This document shows positions 22,401 through 35,329 of a DNA stretch of 64,000 bases, piece after piece. This stretch comes from Takakia lepidozioides (Eukaryota > Plantae > Bryophyta), in assembly GCA_030704615.1 (NCBI GenBank), contig CM060733.1, positions 1,178,001 through 1,242,000 of the forward strand. The letters are read 5' to 3'. Both the position numbers and the translations under genes were made by a program. Numbering within the stretch: position 1 is the stretch's first letter; each line of letters opens with the position of its first letter. The notes under the pieces were generated by a model, which saw only the letters and a list, made by a program, of their open reading frames with translations, searched no databases and was not told the origin of the DNA.

Positions 22401-23556
22401 GTCACACTAGGTTCAGCAGAGAAAGAAAGCAGCCAGTAAAAACTTCCAGTGTATTTTCATGTGCCCAACGTGAACCAGTGGAGAGGAACAAGGGTTGGGT
22501 GAACAAGGAGCAGGATGTGGGCTACTACCTTCCCTGAGAGGATGCTCAAGTTATGGGGACCCGTGGTGAAGAGGACATGCACAGAAGAATCAACTGGCCT
22601 ATATGGACCAAAAACTCCATGTGAGAAAGAAGAAGAAAAACTAATACTTTATCTGCACTTCGCCTGTAGTACAAATTGAGTAAATTGACTTATGTCATCT
22701 CCTGTTCCATCTATGCCTGAATTTGCCCAAGCTCTTATCAGGAATTTGGCGGAGGGGTAGGAAGGAGGACATGCTGATGTGGTTGTCTCCTAAAATGAAT
22801 AAAAGAAATATACAGGGGAGCCCTAGGGAACAAGCAAGAAAAGGAAGAGAGAGATAAGGAAATACCCCAGCTTCATTGCACTGCTTAATGAATTTTTCTA
22901 GTAAATTGAGACCTTCGTTTCGCTCTTCCACCTTCAGGTGCTTAAAGTCATCAGCTGTCGCATACATGCTATCCATATCTTTATATCCTGCTCACGACAA
23001 CTCAACGACAATGGGTTCAGTCTCTTGTGATAAATGGATTGTCTTAATCGATCCACAAACGAGAGAGAGAGGGAGAAAGACTGAGGCTTGAAGCTATAAG
23101 CATGCTGATGAGAAGCCCACTGGAGTGAATTTTGAAGATCTGGACATGAATCTTTACAAACTATAGGTGATGGTACCCATTCTGTAGGCTCGATTGGTTT
23201 CAGTTCTCACCGTGGGGCAACTTCATCGTTGGATTTGGGTACCCTGCATCTGATATTCAGACGAAATAGTAATTCGCTCCCTGCTAAGATTCCACAATAG
23301 AATTCGTAAATCAAGTCTCAGTATAAAAGAATACAAAGAGAACTTTGCCCATACCGTCTTCATCAGGAACTTGGACATGAAGGATGAGCAGCTTAAACTC
23401 TTTGCTACAACATGGTCGTAGAAGTTTCTTCAAGGCCCACTCAAAGGCTTGTGTGCTGCTAATAGAGGGCTTTGGGTAGCCTTGCGTGGAGCGACTGACC
23501 GCTATCATTACTCTCGTCGGTGGGTTGCTTGCAGCTGGAGTCTTCTCATCTCCCAT
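19456..23556 (-). CDS. Universal stress protein A-like (At3g01520 type), 183 aa; exons 23556-23355, 22987-22866, 20214-20096, 19564-19456
   Basis: All introns GT-AG; 552-nt spliced open frame; motifs RVMIAVS..YPKPSISS..AFEW, ILHVQVPDEDG, GDIKSTIC, LVMGNRGLG, VGGVSSYC..DCPIIVIKR..DPMDD*. Confidence 0.93.
20300..22060 (-). mobile_element. Decayed, 5'-truncated LINE (APE-type, RTE-X/CR1-like) in USP intron 2
   Basis: QAGF..RGCVDHIFTL, GCTLSPLLFNVF, LMFADDFAG, C-terminal CP..GQPED..FLIHCP, tail TATGAGTACATTC. Absent from the USP pseudo-copy near 50.3 kb. Confidence 0.85.
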
Positions 23557-24759
23557 TGTCCCCCTCCAAACTCCTGGATCTGAACCACGAAAAGAAAAAT
23601 AACGACTTTGCTGTTCTCACCTTATGAACCCACCGTGTAATCCACTTTCTGTGTCTCAATCACCATTTTTTTTGCATTCGTCTAAATATGTCTATCATAG
23701 ACTAGATTGAGTGGGACCGGAAGCCACGGGGAGGTTCAATGACACTGAACAGATGCATAAAATGCGTAGAATTCATACTCGTGAGGATCTCATTTCACAA
23801 TTCTGACGAAGTCTCGCTGTAACCCACAGCAAGCAGAATGACAAGCATAAATTAGTGCCTTCTTCTCCCACTCCATTTCTTGCCTGTGGACACTTTCCAA
23901 CTGCACACTAGAGCCTGATTGTGACATTTTCTACAGCTCATTCCTCCCCTCGAGAATTGGAAGCCCCCAGGTACCCAATTGACATCAATCCCCACTCCCT
24001 GTTGAGCGAACAAAACAATGCATACTTCCAACATGACCAGCTTCTGATAGTCCAGAGAGGATAATTCTACTCTTGAGCTCACCCACATGCGGTTGCTTGG
24101 TAACGGACGAACCGGTCATTTCACAGTTCTCTACGTAGCATAATAACACATGCATCCAGATTTACTAAGTACAACATTCAGAACTTCGCCTCATAATTGA
24201 CAGACTATTACCTGCACAGGGAGATCAAGTAGGACTGGCCTGGCTCTCGGATATGGTTCACTGCCTCCCGAATCTCTTGTGACTCACACGCAAAACTGTT
24301 AAACTTTGATGCACAACAAGACAATACAAAATCAGGATACGATCGAGAGAATGGATCACCCAAACTCGCGAGGCAAAAGGGGGAGAGATGGACGCTGTTT
24401 CATACGAAGGACTTGGGTAGCTCCCACGGAGAAAACGCCGATCACCAAACCACTATGGTCTCACGAGGCATCAATCCGCCATAGCTCAGTACAGCACGAT
24501 AAGACCTGCACAGCCAAGAGGTTGCTCTCGGGCACTACCGTGTCACTGTCTTGAAGCTCGCCAAGTGAAAGTCGGCACGAAATGCTCACAAGTGGCAACT
24601 CGCTGAGTCAGACTTGTCGTTGTTGCATCGCTTCACGGGACCCAAAATATCTGTGCGTCTCTCTGAGGAGGATTGTTTGGGAGGAGTGAGTCCGTTGCAA
24701 GTGGTGGCTATTCCAAACCTTAAGGGGGAACGGTCATTGGGAACTCACACAACCTTTCT

Positions 24760-25200
24760 TTTTTTTATTCTTTTTTTTAAAAACAATAAAGGGAAATACC
24801 CGGGAGCGACCGCTCACAAATCAGGCCCCTTAATTGTGGTGAGAGGAGAAAATAACCTCTTTGGTAGTAACCTTGCCACGAGGCGCCGAGCGCAAGGCTC
24901 TAGGGACACTGCCCAAGAACCTTTCAAAAGTCTTCATCACCGGTAGAAGCAGTATGTGTTACTTTGAAGGACTTCCATCTTCAGTGAGGGTGATTGGGGG
25001 AAGTTGGTGTATCATAATCAGTACTGATCATAACTCCCCCAAACTATTGAGTTCCCCCAAACTATGGACTAGATAGGTAGCTTGCAAGAGGAGGGGGAAT
25101 ACGGGATGTAGCAAGGCCCAGCCGCGGACTATGAGGTGCAAGATTCGAATTAGGGCTGAGGAGAATTGGATTGCAATGTCTATCGCTTAACTATCACACT
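24760..25200 (-). mobile_element. Possible degenerate tRNA-derived SINE
   Basis: Weak A/B-box-like motifs on minus near 25140-25195; 3' GTCGCTCCCG plus an A-rich tail like that of the SINE at 47.9 kb. Confidence 0.3.
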
Positions 25201-27729
25201 TGGACACTTTTGAGTGACCACACTTTGAGTAAAAAACTTAGCCATTGGAGGATTGAGGCTACTATCATCCATATTTTTTCATCTGTCCACGGTAGGAGTG
25301 TGGGGTAGTTCCGTCTTAGCCCCCAAGGTACACTTTGATTTTAAGACTTAAATTTAGAAGTACTTTTATACTTGGTGGCGGAATGGAATCTGGCACGGGC
25401 TAATCTAGAAAATAAATGAATAATGACAAGTTTATAAATGTCGTGCTCATGTTCTTTGGAACATATGGACTTCTCAGTGTTTTTTTTTTCACTTTTCCAA
25501 AATCGCTGGCAGGGCGACATGTAGATTCTACCCAACGCCCATGTGGCGAAAATAACGAGGTGACAGAGCTGGAAAAGAGGCTATATTACAGGTGTCATAT
25601 TTTAACAGGTCCACGTAGGACAAATCTGGCTCCTGGTATTTATCCTTTGGCGCTTTCTGGCGATTTTCTTGATTTTTAATCCCAGAATTCGTAGCTGACC
25701 CAATTTCGGGGGAATTTAACCTTGTGTGAAAACTGTCCTTTATAGGGTTCACTCAGACTCATTGTTTGAAGCAAGGAAGGATTGGTGTGTGTTATGTGCA
25801 GCTCTTCACATATGTTTTCGAGAAAAGCGATAACAACTGCTCCTTGCCTTTGATAATTCGCGAGGAAATAGAGGCTACATCATCTCAAAACAATGTGAAT
25901 CTTCAATTACATGGAACGACTCCTTCCCGCATAGCTTGGAGCTCTTTTAGTGCTAGGTGTTCGCCAGCTGCAGGTGAAGAGCCTGAGGTTAATTAATTGG
26001 AGGCATTGGCGTAGTTTTAGGAAGGCAAATCATAAGTTAATCAGTAGCTATCCCTTTTCCTCTTAGAAGAAAGTTGAGCCATAGAAACTTTCCTTAGCTT
26101 CGTTTCTTGTCTATCTCTGCTCGGTTTTTGTCATGGTTTCTCTCACTGCTAGTGAACGGTCATGGGGAAGTGTCCCCTTCGTTCGACTTCGCAAGGTTTT
26201 TTTTTCTTGTTTTTATAAAGTTATTGGGCTGCAGTCCCTTTCTTCTTAAATTTTTTTTCAAGAAAAATCAGAGTAAATGTTTGAAGTTTTTCTTGAGATT
26301 AGATGATTTTAATAATTATCCCACTACGATGTTTATAGGTTATATGGTATGTTTAATTTGATTTCAAGATTCAATTTATCGATAGTAGCTCCCCCCAAAT
26401 TGGTTTTTTGCGTTCCTTGTCCAGAACTTGTTTGCACTCCGGGGTGGTGGGGGTTAGCTAGGCCACTGTTCCCTCTTATTCTTGTTCCCTCCTTATGTAT
26501 AGGGTAATGCCCTGAGTGGAGGGGATTTAAGGGCCTACCGCCCTCGGGGAAGGCCCGAAAATCTGGGAATGCCCCACACGAGGGCCGTTATCATGCGTAA
26601 AGAAATAGGATGATTTCTTTTCTTTTCATCGTTCCTTTATCCTTTCTCCCCGCTAGTAGCTTCCTGTTAGAAAAGATCTTGGAGGTAAAGATAAAGAAAT
26701 GTCGTAGGTGTGCATTACACACATGTGTAATGCATTGGTAATCGTGTGGTTGGCTGTTACATTGTATAGCGCGTAGAAATTAACAAAGAGAAATCAGCCC
26801 TAGTTCTATACGTCCTTGCAAAATCTGCTTTTGTTTTGTGCCGTCATTTCTATGTCTCCACCAGTAGGTCAGTTGTCTTTTGGAATGTCAATAATAAGTG
26901 GTTGTCAAGTCAGATTCCTCAATAGAGTTGGATGTGTTAAGGTGGGTGGGTGATTGGATGTATGTATGCTTTACATGTGTGTGACTCTTTATATAGTTAG
27001 ATAGTGCTGTTTTTCAGTGGGTTAGTTGTTGCTAACATGTACTATGGGTTCACTTGTGTCTAAGTAGAAATTATGGATGCTGCTAAGCTTGTGATATGAG
27101 TATAGCTAAGCTTTTGGATTTGAGAGTATCAGAGGATTTGTCCATGTGTGGGTGGGGGAAATAAATTGTGTGTCGGCTTGCGTTTGGTAGGTTAGGGTAA
27201 CCGGAATTTGGAGGAACTTTCCATGTGGAGATTATGAAGGGAATGATTTGTGGTAGGAAATGGATACAAAAGTTTGTTGATCATTTTGGTGATGGTCATG
27301 AATTGCGTGCTTGTTGATGATAGGAATTCATGTGAGGCATTTTGGGTTTCTATGCGGTGTGAAGGTGAGAATTTGGAGTTTTCTTTTGAAGAGCTAAGAG
27401 AAAAAGGGTACTATGATTGCAGGATGTGAGAGCATCGACATATGGAGTCGGAATGTTGAGCATAGATGCTCTTGATAAAGCTACTGTAAGAGACTAGCAT
27501 GCCATCCTTCCTAAATTGGTATAATATACCATGTCTTTTCTACTCCTAGGTTGATGGCAGTGGCGGTTGTGAGTTAAGCTTTGTTTATATGTAAAGAAGA
27601 CAATAGGAGGTTGGTACATCATTGCAACATATCAGTATGGAGTAAAAAATATGTTTGTCAAAGAGGGTAGACCTAGGTCGCCCTGAATTATGTCAAAAAC
27701 ACTCTGTCTACGAAAAAATAAAAGGAGCA

Positions 27730-28065
27730 AGAATGGCCTAAAAATAATGGTGTTGACATTGCTATTAATTTAGGCCATCCCTGCTGCTTTGTTTTTCCAC
27801 ACAAAGGGCAGACAAATGTCTTGAATAATCCTACAAGACATTTTGTGTGTGGTAAAGAAAGGGCATAAAATTGACAACCTAAAAATGAAGTTGTTGACAC
27901 TGTCAATTTTAGGCCCTCCTTGCTCTTTTGTTTTCCCACAAAAGACCCTAAATTATCCCACAAGACACTAATAATGTGTGTGGAAAAGCAAAAGAGTAGG
28001 GAGGGCCAAAAATGATGGTGTTCATACCGTCAATTCTAGGCCGCGGGCCTCCCCGCTGCTTTGTT
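27730..28065. repeat. Three degenerate ~125-bp tandem units with internal inverted ends (GGCCTAAAAAT...AATTTAGGCC)
   Basis: AAAAAT(G/A)A(T/A)GTGTT(G/C)A...AATT.TAGGCC..CTGCT.TTTGTT recurs near 27735, 27878 and 28003. Confidence 0.6.
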
Positions 28066-30703
28066 GACTCCTCCCTATAAGGGAGAGACCACGCATTGGT
28101 GCAAAAAATGAGTAAGATCCTGATATACCTCCACTAGATAATACCTACATGAAGCAGATAATCCTCCCCTACTTAAATGTTAACTTGAATGTACCTTGAT
28201 TGGATAAGACCCATAAATGAATCTTATACATGTAAATATTCATAAATGAAGACCCATAAATGAAGGGTATATAGGGATACACATATCTGAATTTTTCTCC
28301 CTCCTCAACGGCCTAAAGTGGGGACTGTCGTTCCAAAATTTCCTTTAAAATGCTATAGGTCTGCATAGTAGAATGTACAAATATATGGCTTAACATTAAA
28401 ATAAAAGAGTAACATCCAGATATAATTCAATATTTACAATAAAAAAATCAGATGAAAAATATTTTAATTACAATTTATTATATGTATTTTGGATTCTATA
28501 AATATTAACTCGATGGACGCCCAAAAAAATGAAGTTAAAAAAAAAGAATCTGGAATTCTGCTTGACTACCTCGGCCACACTTGTGCAATTCATCGAATGC
28601 CCTTGGGCAACTCCTCCTGTTTTGAATTTTTTGGCTAAGGATACCATCTCGAGCTTTTCTAAACGTTTCCATGAAAAATTCGCCAAAGCCACGATTGTTG
28701 TGGTTGTCATTGGTGTCCGAGGTCAAGTAGAGCACCGTTTTGAATTTACTGTGGCAGATGGTTCCTCTCAAAATGATGTTCAGATTGTAAGATTTCTCAG
28801 TTCCTCATTCTCTCTTTTACTTTAGATATTCATGCTTTGTACATTCAGTTTATTCAGATACTGATGGTATCATTGGTTTCGGGTTTGATGTAGGTGAGCA
28901 TCTATGTCACTTTTCATGCGGAGTATAATCGACTGGTGCAGGAGTTTCGGACTGGGGCTGCCACATATGTCATGTTCAAAACATTGGCGCTACATCCATT
29001 GGGGACGTCAATCTAAATTTTCTTTACAAGTACTTTGTTATATTTACTTGTCCTTGTAGATTACGTGAGTGTTTGTCATCCGTTCTCCTTCCACTCCACC
29101 ATTCAAGTGTGTCTGCGCACATTGTGGATTGGAGGATCTTGCTAGTTAGGTTGATAAAACCTTCTTTTGTAATGCATGTAAGATGACTGACGAGTGTGTG
29201 TTGCACATTTATATCAATGGGAATGTGCAAGGTGTAGATGGGTTTGTACCAAGATGATTGCAGCCTACAATGTCCATTTTTTGGCTGTCACAACAATGTT
29301 TTTTCCAGACATAGAATAGTGGTAAATTTTCATACTCCTACATGACAAAGCTATCAATAAAAAGGGACTAAAATATAAAGGCTCATATACATATACTTTC
29401 CCACTTTTAAATCTCATTATCAAAAACCAAAATTTCCAGATGCTATGGACTTTAAAAGGAATTGTCACAGTCCATAAAAAGAGATGTTATCGACTTCTTT
29501 AATATAGAAGTTAAAAAAAAAATCAAGAAAATGGACTCTCTCAAACTTGCTTTGAAGGATGAGGAATTTGGAATGAAAACTTGAGGTTAAAAAAAAATTA
29601 TGTAATATTTTGAGCCTTAAAAATAGTTATTTCCATAAAGTCCTTTATGAATAAATTCTTTTGAAATAACAATTTTTTTTTCATTAGACACATTCATTCA
29701 CCATAAATGCACAGTTGAGTATGATCAAATTTTAAAAAAACATTTGTAAATTGAAACTATCGCAATTTGAAAATCTTGGTTTTAACAGTCAATAATAGAT
29801 GATCAAGATTGTTCGTTGAAGGAAATCCGATGGTTGATGATTCGTCACATCCTCCTTTATGTACTCTTTATGTACTCATGATCTGCCACTTTTGGTCCAC
29901 TTTAGCTTGCAATCACTCACTAGTGAAAGTCAATTCCGATTGGGTGAATGCAATCATTGGCATAGACGAAGATGCCTTGAAGCTTTCTGTCATTAAGCTT
30001 TTGACAAATGTGCATCTTGTAGGCCGCTTCTCTCTTAATCCTTTGGGAGACTTGGTAGGGTTTGAGGAGCATTCTTAGTGCAGGCTACTTTATGCCTTTC
30101 TTAGCATTGGCTGTTCGTTGTTCTTAAGCGGTTGTAGGTCTCTCAGTTCTGATTGACATAACTCTATTGTATTCTACTCTGTTGTGTTTTGTATACCCGC
30201 ACAACATCATTGAATACATTCACGTGTTTCAAATTTTATAAGTGCGAGGTACGTTCCTAATTCAATTTTGTCTCTTTTTTTTAACCTTTTTGTTATATAT
30301 ATTTTCTTTCTTTCGGGTTTTTATCTATTGTCATTGCTCTTGTTCATTTGAGATGGATATTTCAAAGACAAAAAAGACAAAGTATTGACCATCAAGTATC
30401 CAGCAAGTATATCAATTTTTAGTTGACATTCTTATTGGTATTTAGTCATGACACTACTTTTCAGTATATTCCCTATCTGTTCAATAATTCATTAACTTTC
30501 AACATCAGTTTTGTTCTCAGACTTTGTTTTACAATAATAGAATTGTTTTTCCTTCTTTATAACTTTGTGATGATTTAAATAAATAAATAAAAAGTCTGGC
30601 CTTCATCTATCCATTAACAATTCAAAAATATAAATATAAATATTTACCTTCAAGTGCTTCAGCACATATAATACTCTTTTATCTTTGCATTATTAACAAG
30701 ACC

Positions 30704-31160
30704 TTATTACCTGGCGGATGGAAATCCGGCGCCGGATTTCCATCTATCCGCGCTCCGAATTACCTGCAGGATGGAAATCCGGCACCGGAATTCTATTCTG
30801 CTGCGCTCCGAATTACATAAAAACCTCCCCGGATGGAAAAACGGCGCCGAATTTCCATCCGAGGCCGTTCGGATGCAGTCGGCTCGGGGGAAAGGCTGCC
30901 ACCTGGCCCTCACATTACAACCCCCGGACGGATATTCGGCACCGAATATCCAACAGGGGAAGCCCGGATGAAGTCGCCTCGGGCGTAGAGGCCGGCGCGT
31001 ATTCGACAGAGAGTATCCCCTGGATGGAGATTCGGCGCCGAATTTCCATCCGGGCCCCCCAAAGGAAGTCATGTCGAGGGGCAGGCCGAAAACTGGCCGA
31101 CATAATAACCTCCCCAGATGAGAAAACGGCGCTGAATTTCCATCCGGGGCGGTTAATAGT
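30704..31160. repeat. GC-rich array of six ~30-bp palindromes (GGATGGAAATTCGGCGCCGAATTTCCATCC) with variable spacers; foldback/MITE-like insert
   Basis: Perfect 28-bp palindrome at 30717-30744; copies at 30770, 30831, 30926, 31022 and 31116; very AT-rich flanks. Confidence 0.88.
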
Positions 31161-31539
31161 TGCAATATTCTAAGTCTTTCAGTATTTTATAATTATATGA
31201 AACATGCTTTCTCTGTACATTTGTTTTATCAAGATATTTTCACATTTTTATTTTTCATAATAATATCTCAATTTTCTAATTAAATTTTTAAAACTTTCAA
31301 TACAAACAATTTCAATAAAAAAATATTCTCTGTTATCTTATCCCAACTAAAAAATAATTAGTATTGATATCCTCAGTTTTTAGCAGAATTTCAGGAAAAT
31401 TCATAATTTTCAAATTTTCCCTTATAGATGAGTTATGATCAATTTTAATTTTATTATTTCTCATAATAATTCCCTTCATCACTATAAACCTTAATATGGG
31501 TATTGATTCTATTTTACACTCACTACATCTTCATCGTGT

Positions 31540-31950
31540 ACAAAATTATCCGTATGTAGTGGGTGATTTGTCTTTTTGATTCTATTGCATATTCGCTGCA
31601 TTATATGCAAACTTCCATATCATTGCGTCATGAAAGCATGGCTTACTTTATGCAATCATTACACACACGAAGTCTTGAAATGACGGAAATGATTCAAATT
31701 TTATTTCTCTTTTGATGTTTTACATGAATTGCATGGAATGTCAATAAGTGCTGCAAATGGAGGATTAGAAGGTGTTAATTGTGCCGTTTTATGTTTGGTC
31801 AATTACCTACAAACACCAATACACGTATGGTCTTATACCAATAAACGTATTATGTTTTGTGTAGGTACTGAGTTCTCTCATCGTCACCATGTACAAATAT
31901 TATATGATGATCGGGGTTTAACTCAAAGTGGACATTATGAACCCATTGTC
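31540..31950 (+). pseudogene. OTU-like cysteine protease domain remnant (transposon-associated)
   Basis: GD/CLFDSIAYSL (one frameshift) ... GGLEG ... YLQTPIHVWS ... GHYEPI, the catalytic Cys and His motifs of OTU. Confidence 0.6.
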
Positions 31951-32349
31951 TCTACTTCATATGTTTATAGTCATGATTTTGTGCATTGGTCTAAATGTGA
32001 TCTAATTGTGAGTCATATATTGAGGTACTTTCAGAAAATTGCAATTTCATATTGTTTAAATTCATAAATTGGTTTAGTTGTTTTGTAGATGAAGATTATA
32101 TTGCAAGATGTCTATATTGAAATCTCCTATGATGATGGTAGGACAAAAGTAAGGAATTTTTTCAATGATAGTTTGCAAAGAAGATAAGAAGGTATTTAAT
32201 GAAAGAGACTGAGGTTTATATATTGCTATAATATGAATAACTCTTCGTGTTTGTGCGTTGTGTTTGTGTGTAGAAAGTTGTTGCTATATGCTTAGCATCA
32301 TCATGTGAGTGTACCTCAGATGAAGATAATGTTGTTTGTTTCTCATATA

Positions 32350-32960
32350 GTATCATTGTGCCATGACTATCATATATTGAGTACTTTGAAGAGTCAATGA
32401 AATGTGGATGTTTGATGTTCCTGGTATGAAATGTGTTTCATTAAAACATAAAATATGACTTGATTGTAAATTATAATCAGCTAAAACATTTTCTTTGTAT
32501 AAGGAATGATCTTGTATTTGAAGATTATATAAGTACATGCAATTTAATATAGAATTGTAATGTAGGAACTAAAAATTCCCATTGTGCTAGTATTTGGAGA
32601 CGATGCATTTCATTAACAACCGTATTATCAACTCGAAAAAAATTTAGTTGTAGAGGTGCTAGAAGGTATAAATTTTCTTTTTGTCGAATCCGAGAAAAAG
32701 CAGTGTAGGTCAAACCGTGTTTATTTATACTTGTAGGATCAAACGCCAAATTATCCAAAGTTAAACCTTGTGCTCGATGAATAGTTCGAGCTACAGCTAA
32801 TTGGGTTGGAAATTGTGTTCTAGTAATTAAATGAGATGTATTCGGTCCAATTTGAATTTATTTTGAAATAGGTTCAATGGGAGTCCATAATGAATTTATT
32901 TCATTATTCTACAAATGTACATTTTTAGTTCGTGTGATCCCACCTTCTGCGAATGTATTG
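32350..32960 (-). mobile_element. Helitron/Helentron remnant: PIF1 helicase C-terminus followed by the start of an AP (EEP) endonuclease
   Basis: TRTQFPTQLAVARTIHRAQGLTLD..GLTYTAFSRIR, then LADYNLQSSHILCFNETHF. Confidence 0.8.
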
Positions 32961-34830
32961 TGGGATATGTTGTCCTATGCTTATATATTAAACTTGAAGT
33001 CCTTACACTCAAAAACACTTCCTTCCAGGATCCCAAATTCTTGAGCTCCATTGTTGTCAATTTATAAAATGTCTTATATGAAGATATTTTAAAAGTTTTT
33101 TAATTCGATTATCTCCTGAGGGAATTAGCGATATAGTATTGAATGAATGTTTAGCACCAAGCTCTTTCTTAAATGTTGAGATGAACTCCGAGGCGATTTC
33201 ATGATCTTGTAGACTAGGAATCCAATTGTTTTCAGAGAAGACCGCATCACCATTTGTTGATTGTATCATCACAGCTAATCCAAAAGTGTGAACCTTTTGT
33301 TGATCATTATTTGAAATTTGAAATGTACCGCATACATGAAACCAGCTAAGCTCTTTCTTCAATTGTCCAATCGATGGATCGGGTTGCTTCATCAATTGTG
33401 CATCCAATAGATTCGGATAGTCCACAAAATCTTGATTTCCCATTGAAACTTTATAATTGTCCAAATTATCTTGGTTCTCAATTTCCCAAATTGAAATACC
33501 ATCTATAAAAAAAAATAGAAACTCTTGGAAAAAGTCTCATAATGAAAGTTTGTTGGAAAAAATCAGCTTCCAACTTTTTTGGCTTATTTATAACACATCA
33601 CAATCAATGATGCTATTAAATATATCAATTGGTTGTAAATTATTCACTATCATCACTTTGACAATATTGACATCATATCCATCCAAAAGGTCCAATTGTT
33701 CTTCATTCATGGGATAATTATTAACCATTTTCTTGGTCTTCTTTGTGATCACGACTTTCACAATTGTATCAATTTCAAAAGAAATGAAAATATCATCACC
33801 TCCATGGTAACACACTTGCATTGTTGTTTGTAAGCACAATTGAAGCAATTTGTCACAATCACCATTCCAACTTGAGTTTTCCTCAATGGCCTTCAAAGTA
33901 TCAAAAATTTGAACACACATCCAAATTGATCTCCTCCAAGGAAATTTACGATTTTTGATAATTGCAAGAATTTAGCTTTGCCTCAAAAAATGTGTTATCT
34001 TCCAAATTTCTCAGTTGGTGAATTGAACCCTTATTTGCACGACCTCCAAAGCAATTTCTTTACATTGTTGAATAGCCATTGCATTATCTTGCTCAAAAGT
34101 TACTTTCTCAGATAAGAGAGTAACAACTTGATCATTAAGAAATTGCACCTTTATGTATAAGAGTTGATTTTCTTCTTGCAAAAATTTCATTATCCAGTAA
34201 TGATTTCTCCTTCTCGATTGAGATTGTATCTAACTTTGCTTTCAAGGTCAAAATCTCACTTTGAAAATGCTCCTCATTTTTTTGCAGCATAGCTTCGGCT
34301 TCAAGATCTTTTGCCTAGATCTCTTCCAAATTTGTTGTTTGAGCCAAAGTCAGTTGAACAGTCAGATCATGATTCCTTCCCTCAAAATCTTTGAGTTTGG
34401 CCTCCAAGTTCAAAATATCAATGCCTAAATAACCAATTCGATGTACAAGATCTGTCTCAATAAGTGTCATCCAAGAATTTGCCTCTACAGACCGCGAGAG
34501 ATTTAAGTTTTCCTCTTGCAACCTATTTATTTCACTATGAAGACCACAATTCTCTCTTTGAAGTTGCTGAATCACACTCTGAAAGATATGCTTCCCTAGG
34601 GGTTGTAGGAACAAATTGCTCCATCTCGAATTGGTAGGTAATTGTTTCACATCTAAGAAAATTGAAAAATTGAAACCAAAGAAAAACAAAAGCCTAAGAA
34701 CAAAAAATCCCCGACAATTGTTTTTTCAAAATCCTAACCTCATAATTCAGTTTCTCTTTTTGATCCAACGTTTCTTTTACCAATAATATAATGTTCTAAA
34801 ATAGCCCACTCGATTGGCCTTTCCCCGGCA

Positions 34831-35192
34831 GCTCTTTGCTGAAGCTGGTGTGACTGACTGGAAACTTCAAAGGCCAATCATGTTTGTATTACAGATTGGA
34901 TATTCTGGGTGTCAGTACATTGAATAAAAGCATCAGTTCAACCCTCGTAGGTGTCATAAATGCTGTGAACAAGAGAGCCGGACACAGTATTTTTCTCATG
35001 TTTGGGTTTTCTTTAATGACAGGTGGAGTTTGAAGGCTGGTTGAAGCAAGGAGATATAAAGAATGCGAGGAAGTTCAAAGAGTGTGTCCTGACATCTTGG
35101 TCATGGGAAGCCATCGCACATGGCCATGGCACATTGCAACGGAACGCATCCTCTATGCACTGTCAGCTTAGTCAGCATCTAAATAGTGTTTG
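34831..35192 (+). pseudogene. USP pseudogene fragment (part of intron 2 plus exon 3); inverted duplicate of ~50142-50500
   Basis: Near-identical reverse complement of 50142-50500; shares its exon-3 deletion and lost GT donor. Confidence 0.88.
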
Positions 35193-35329
35193 CACCGATT
35201 AGAGGCCAGGCTTTGGGCCCCACTACACCTCGTTGCACCCAGCGGTACGAATCGTATTCCTAAACATGGAAAAAAATCATTGGCTTATCGAATTCTTTAC
35301 GGAGCCGTAAGAAATGTTAAACAGGGACG

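Noticed and set aside
26690-27650. Possible old LINE remnant on minus
   Set aside because: Strand-biased composition only; no diagnostic motif recovered.
30704-31160. True CRISPR array
   Set aside because: Eukaryotic context, no cas genes, irregular spacer lengths and fully palindromic degenerate repeats; kept only as a palindrome array.
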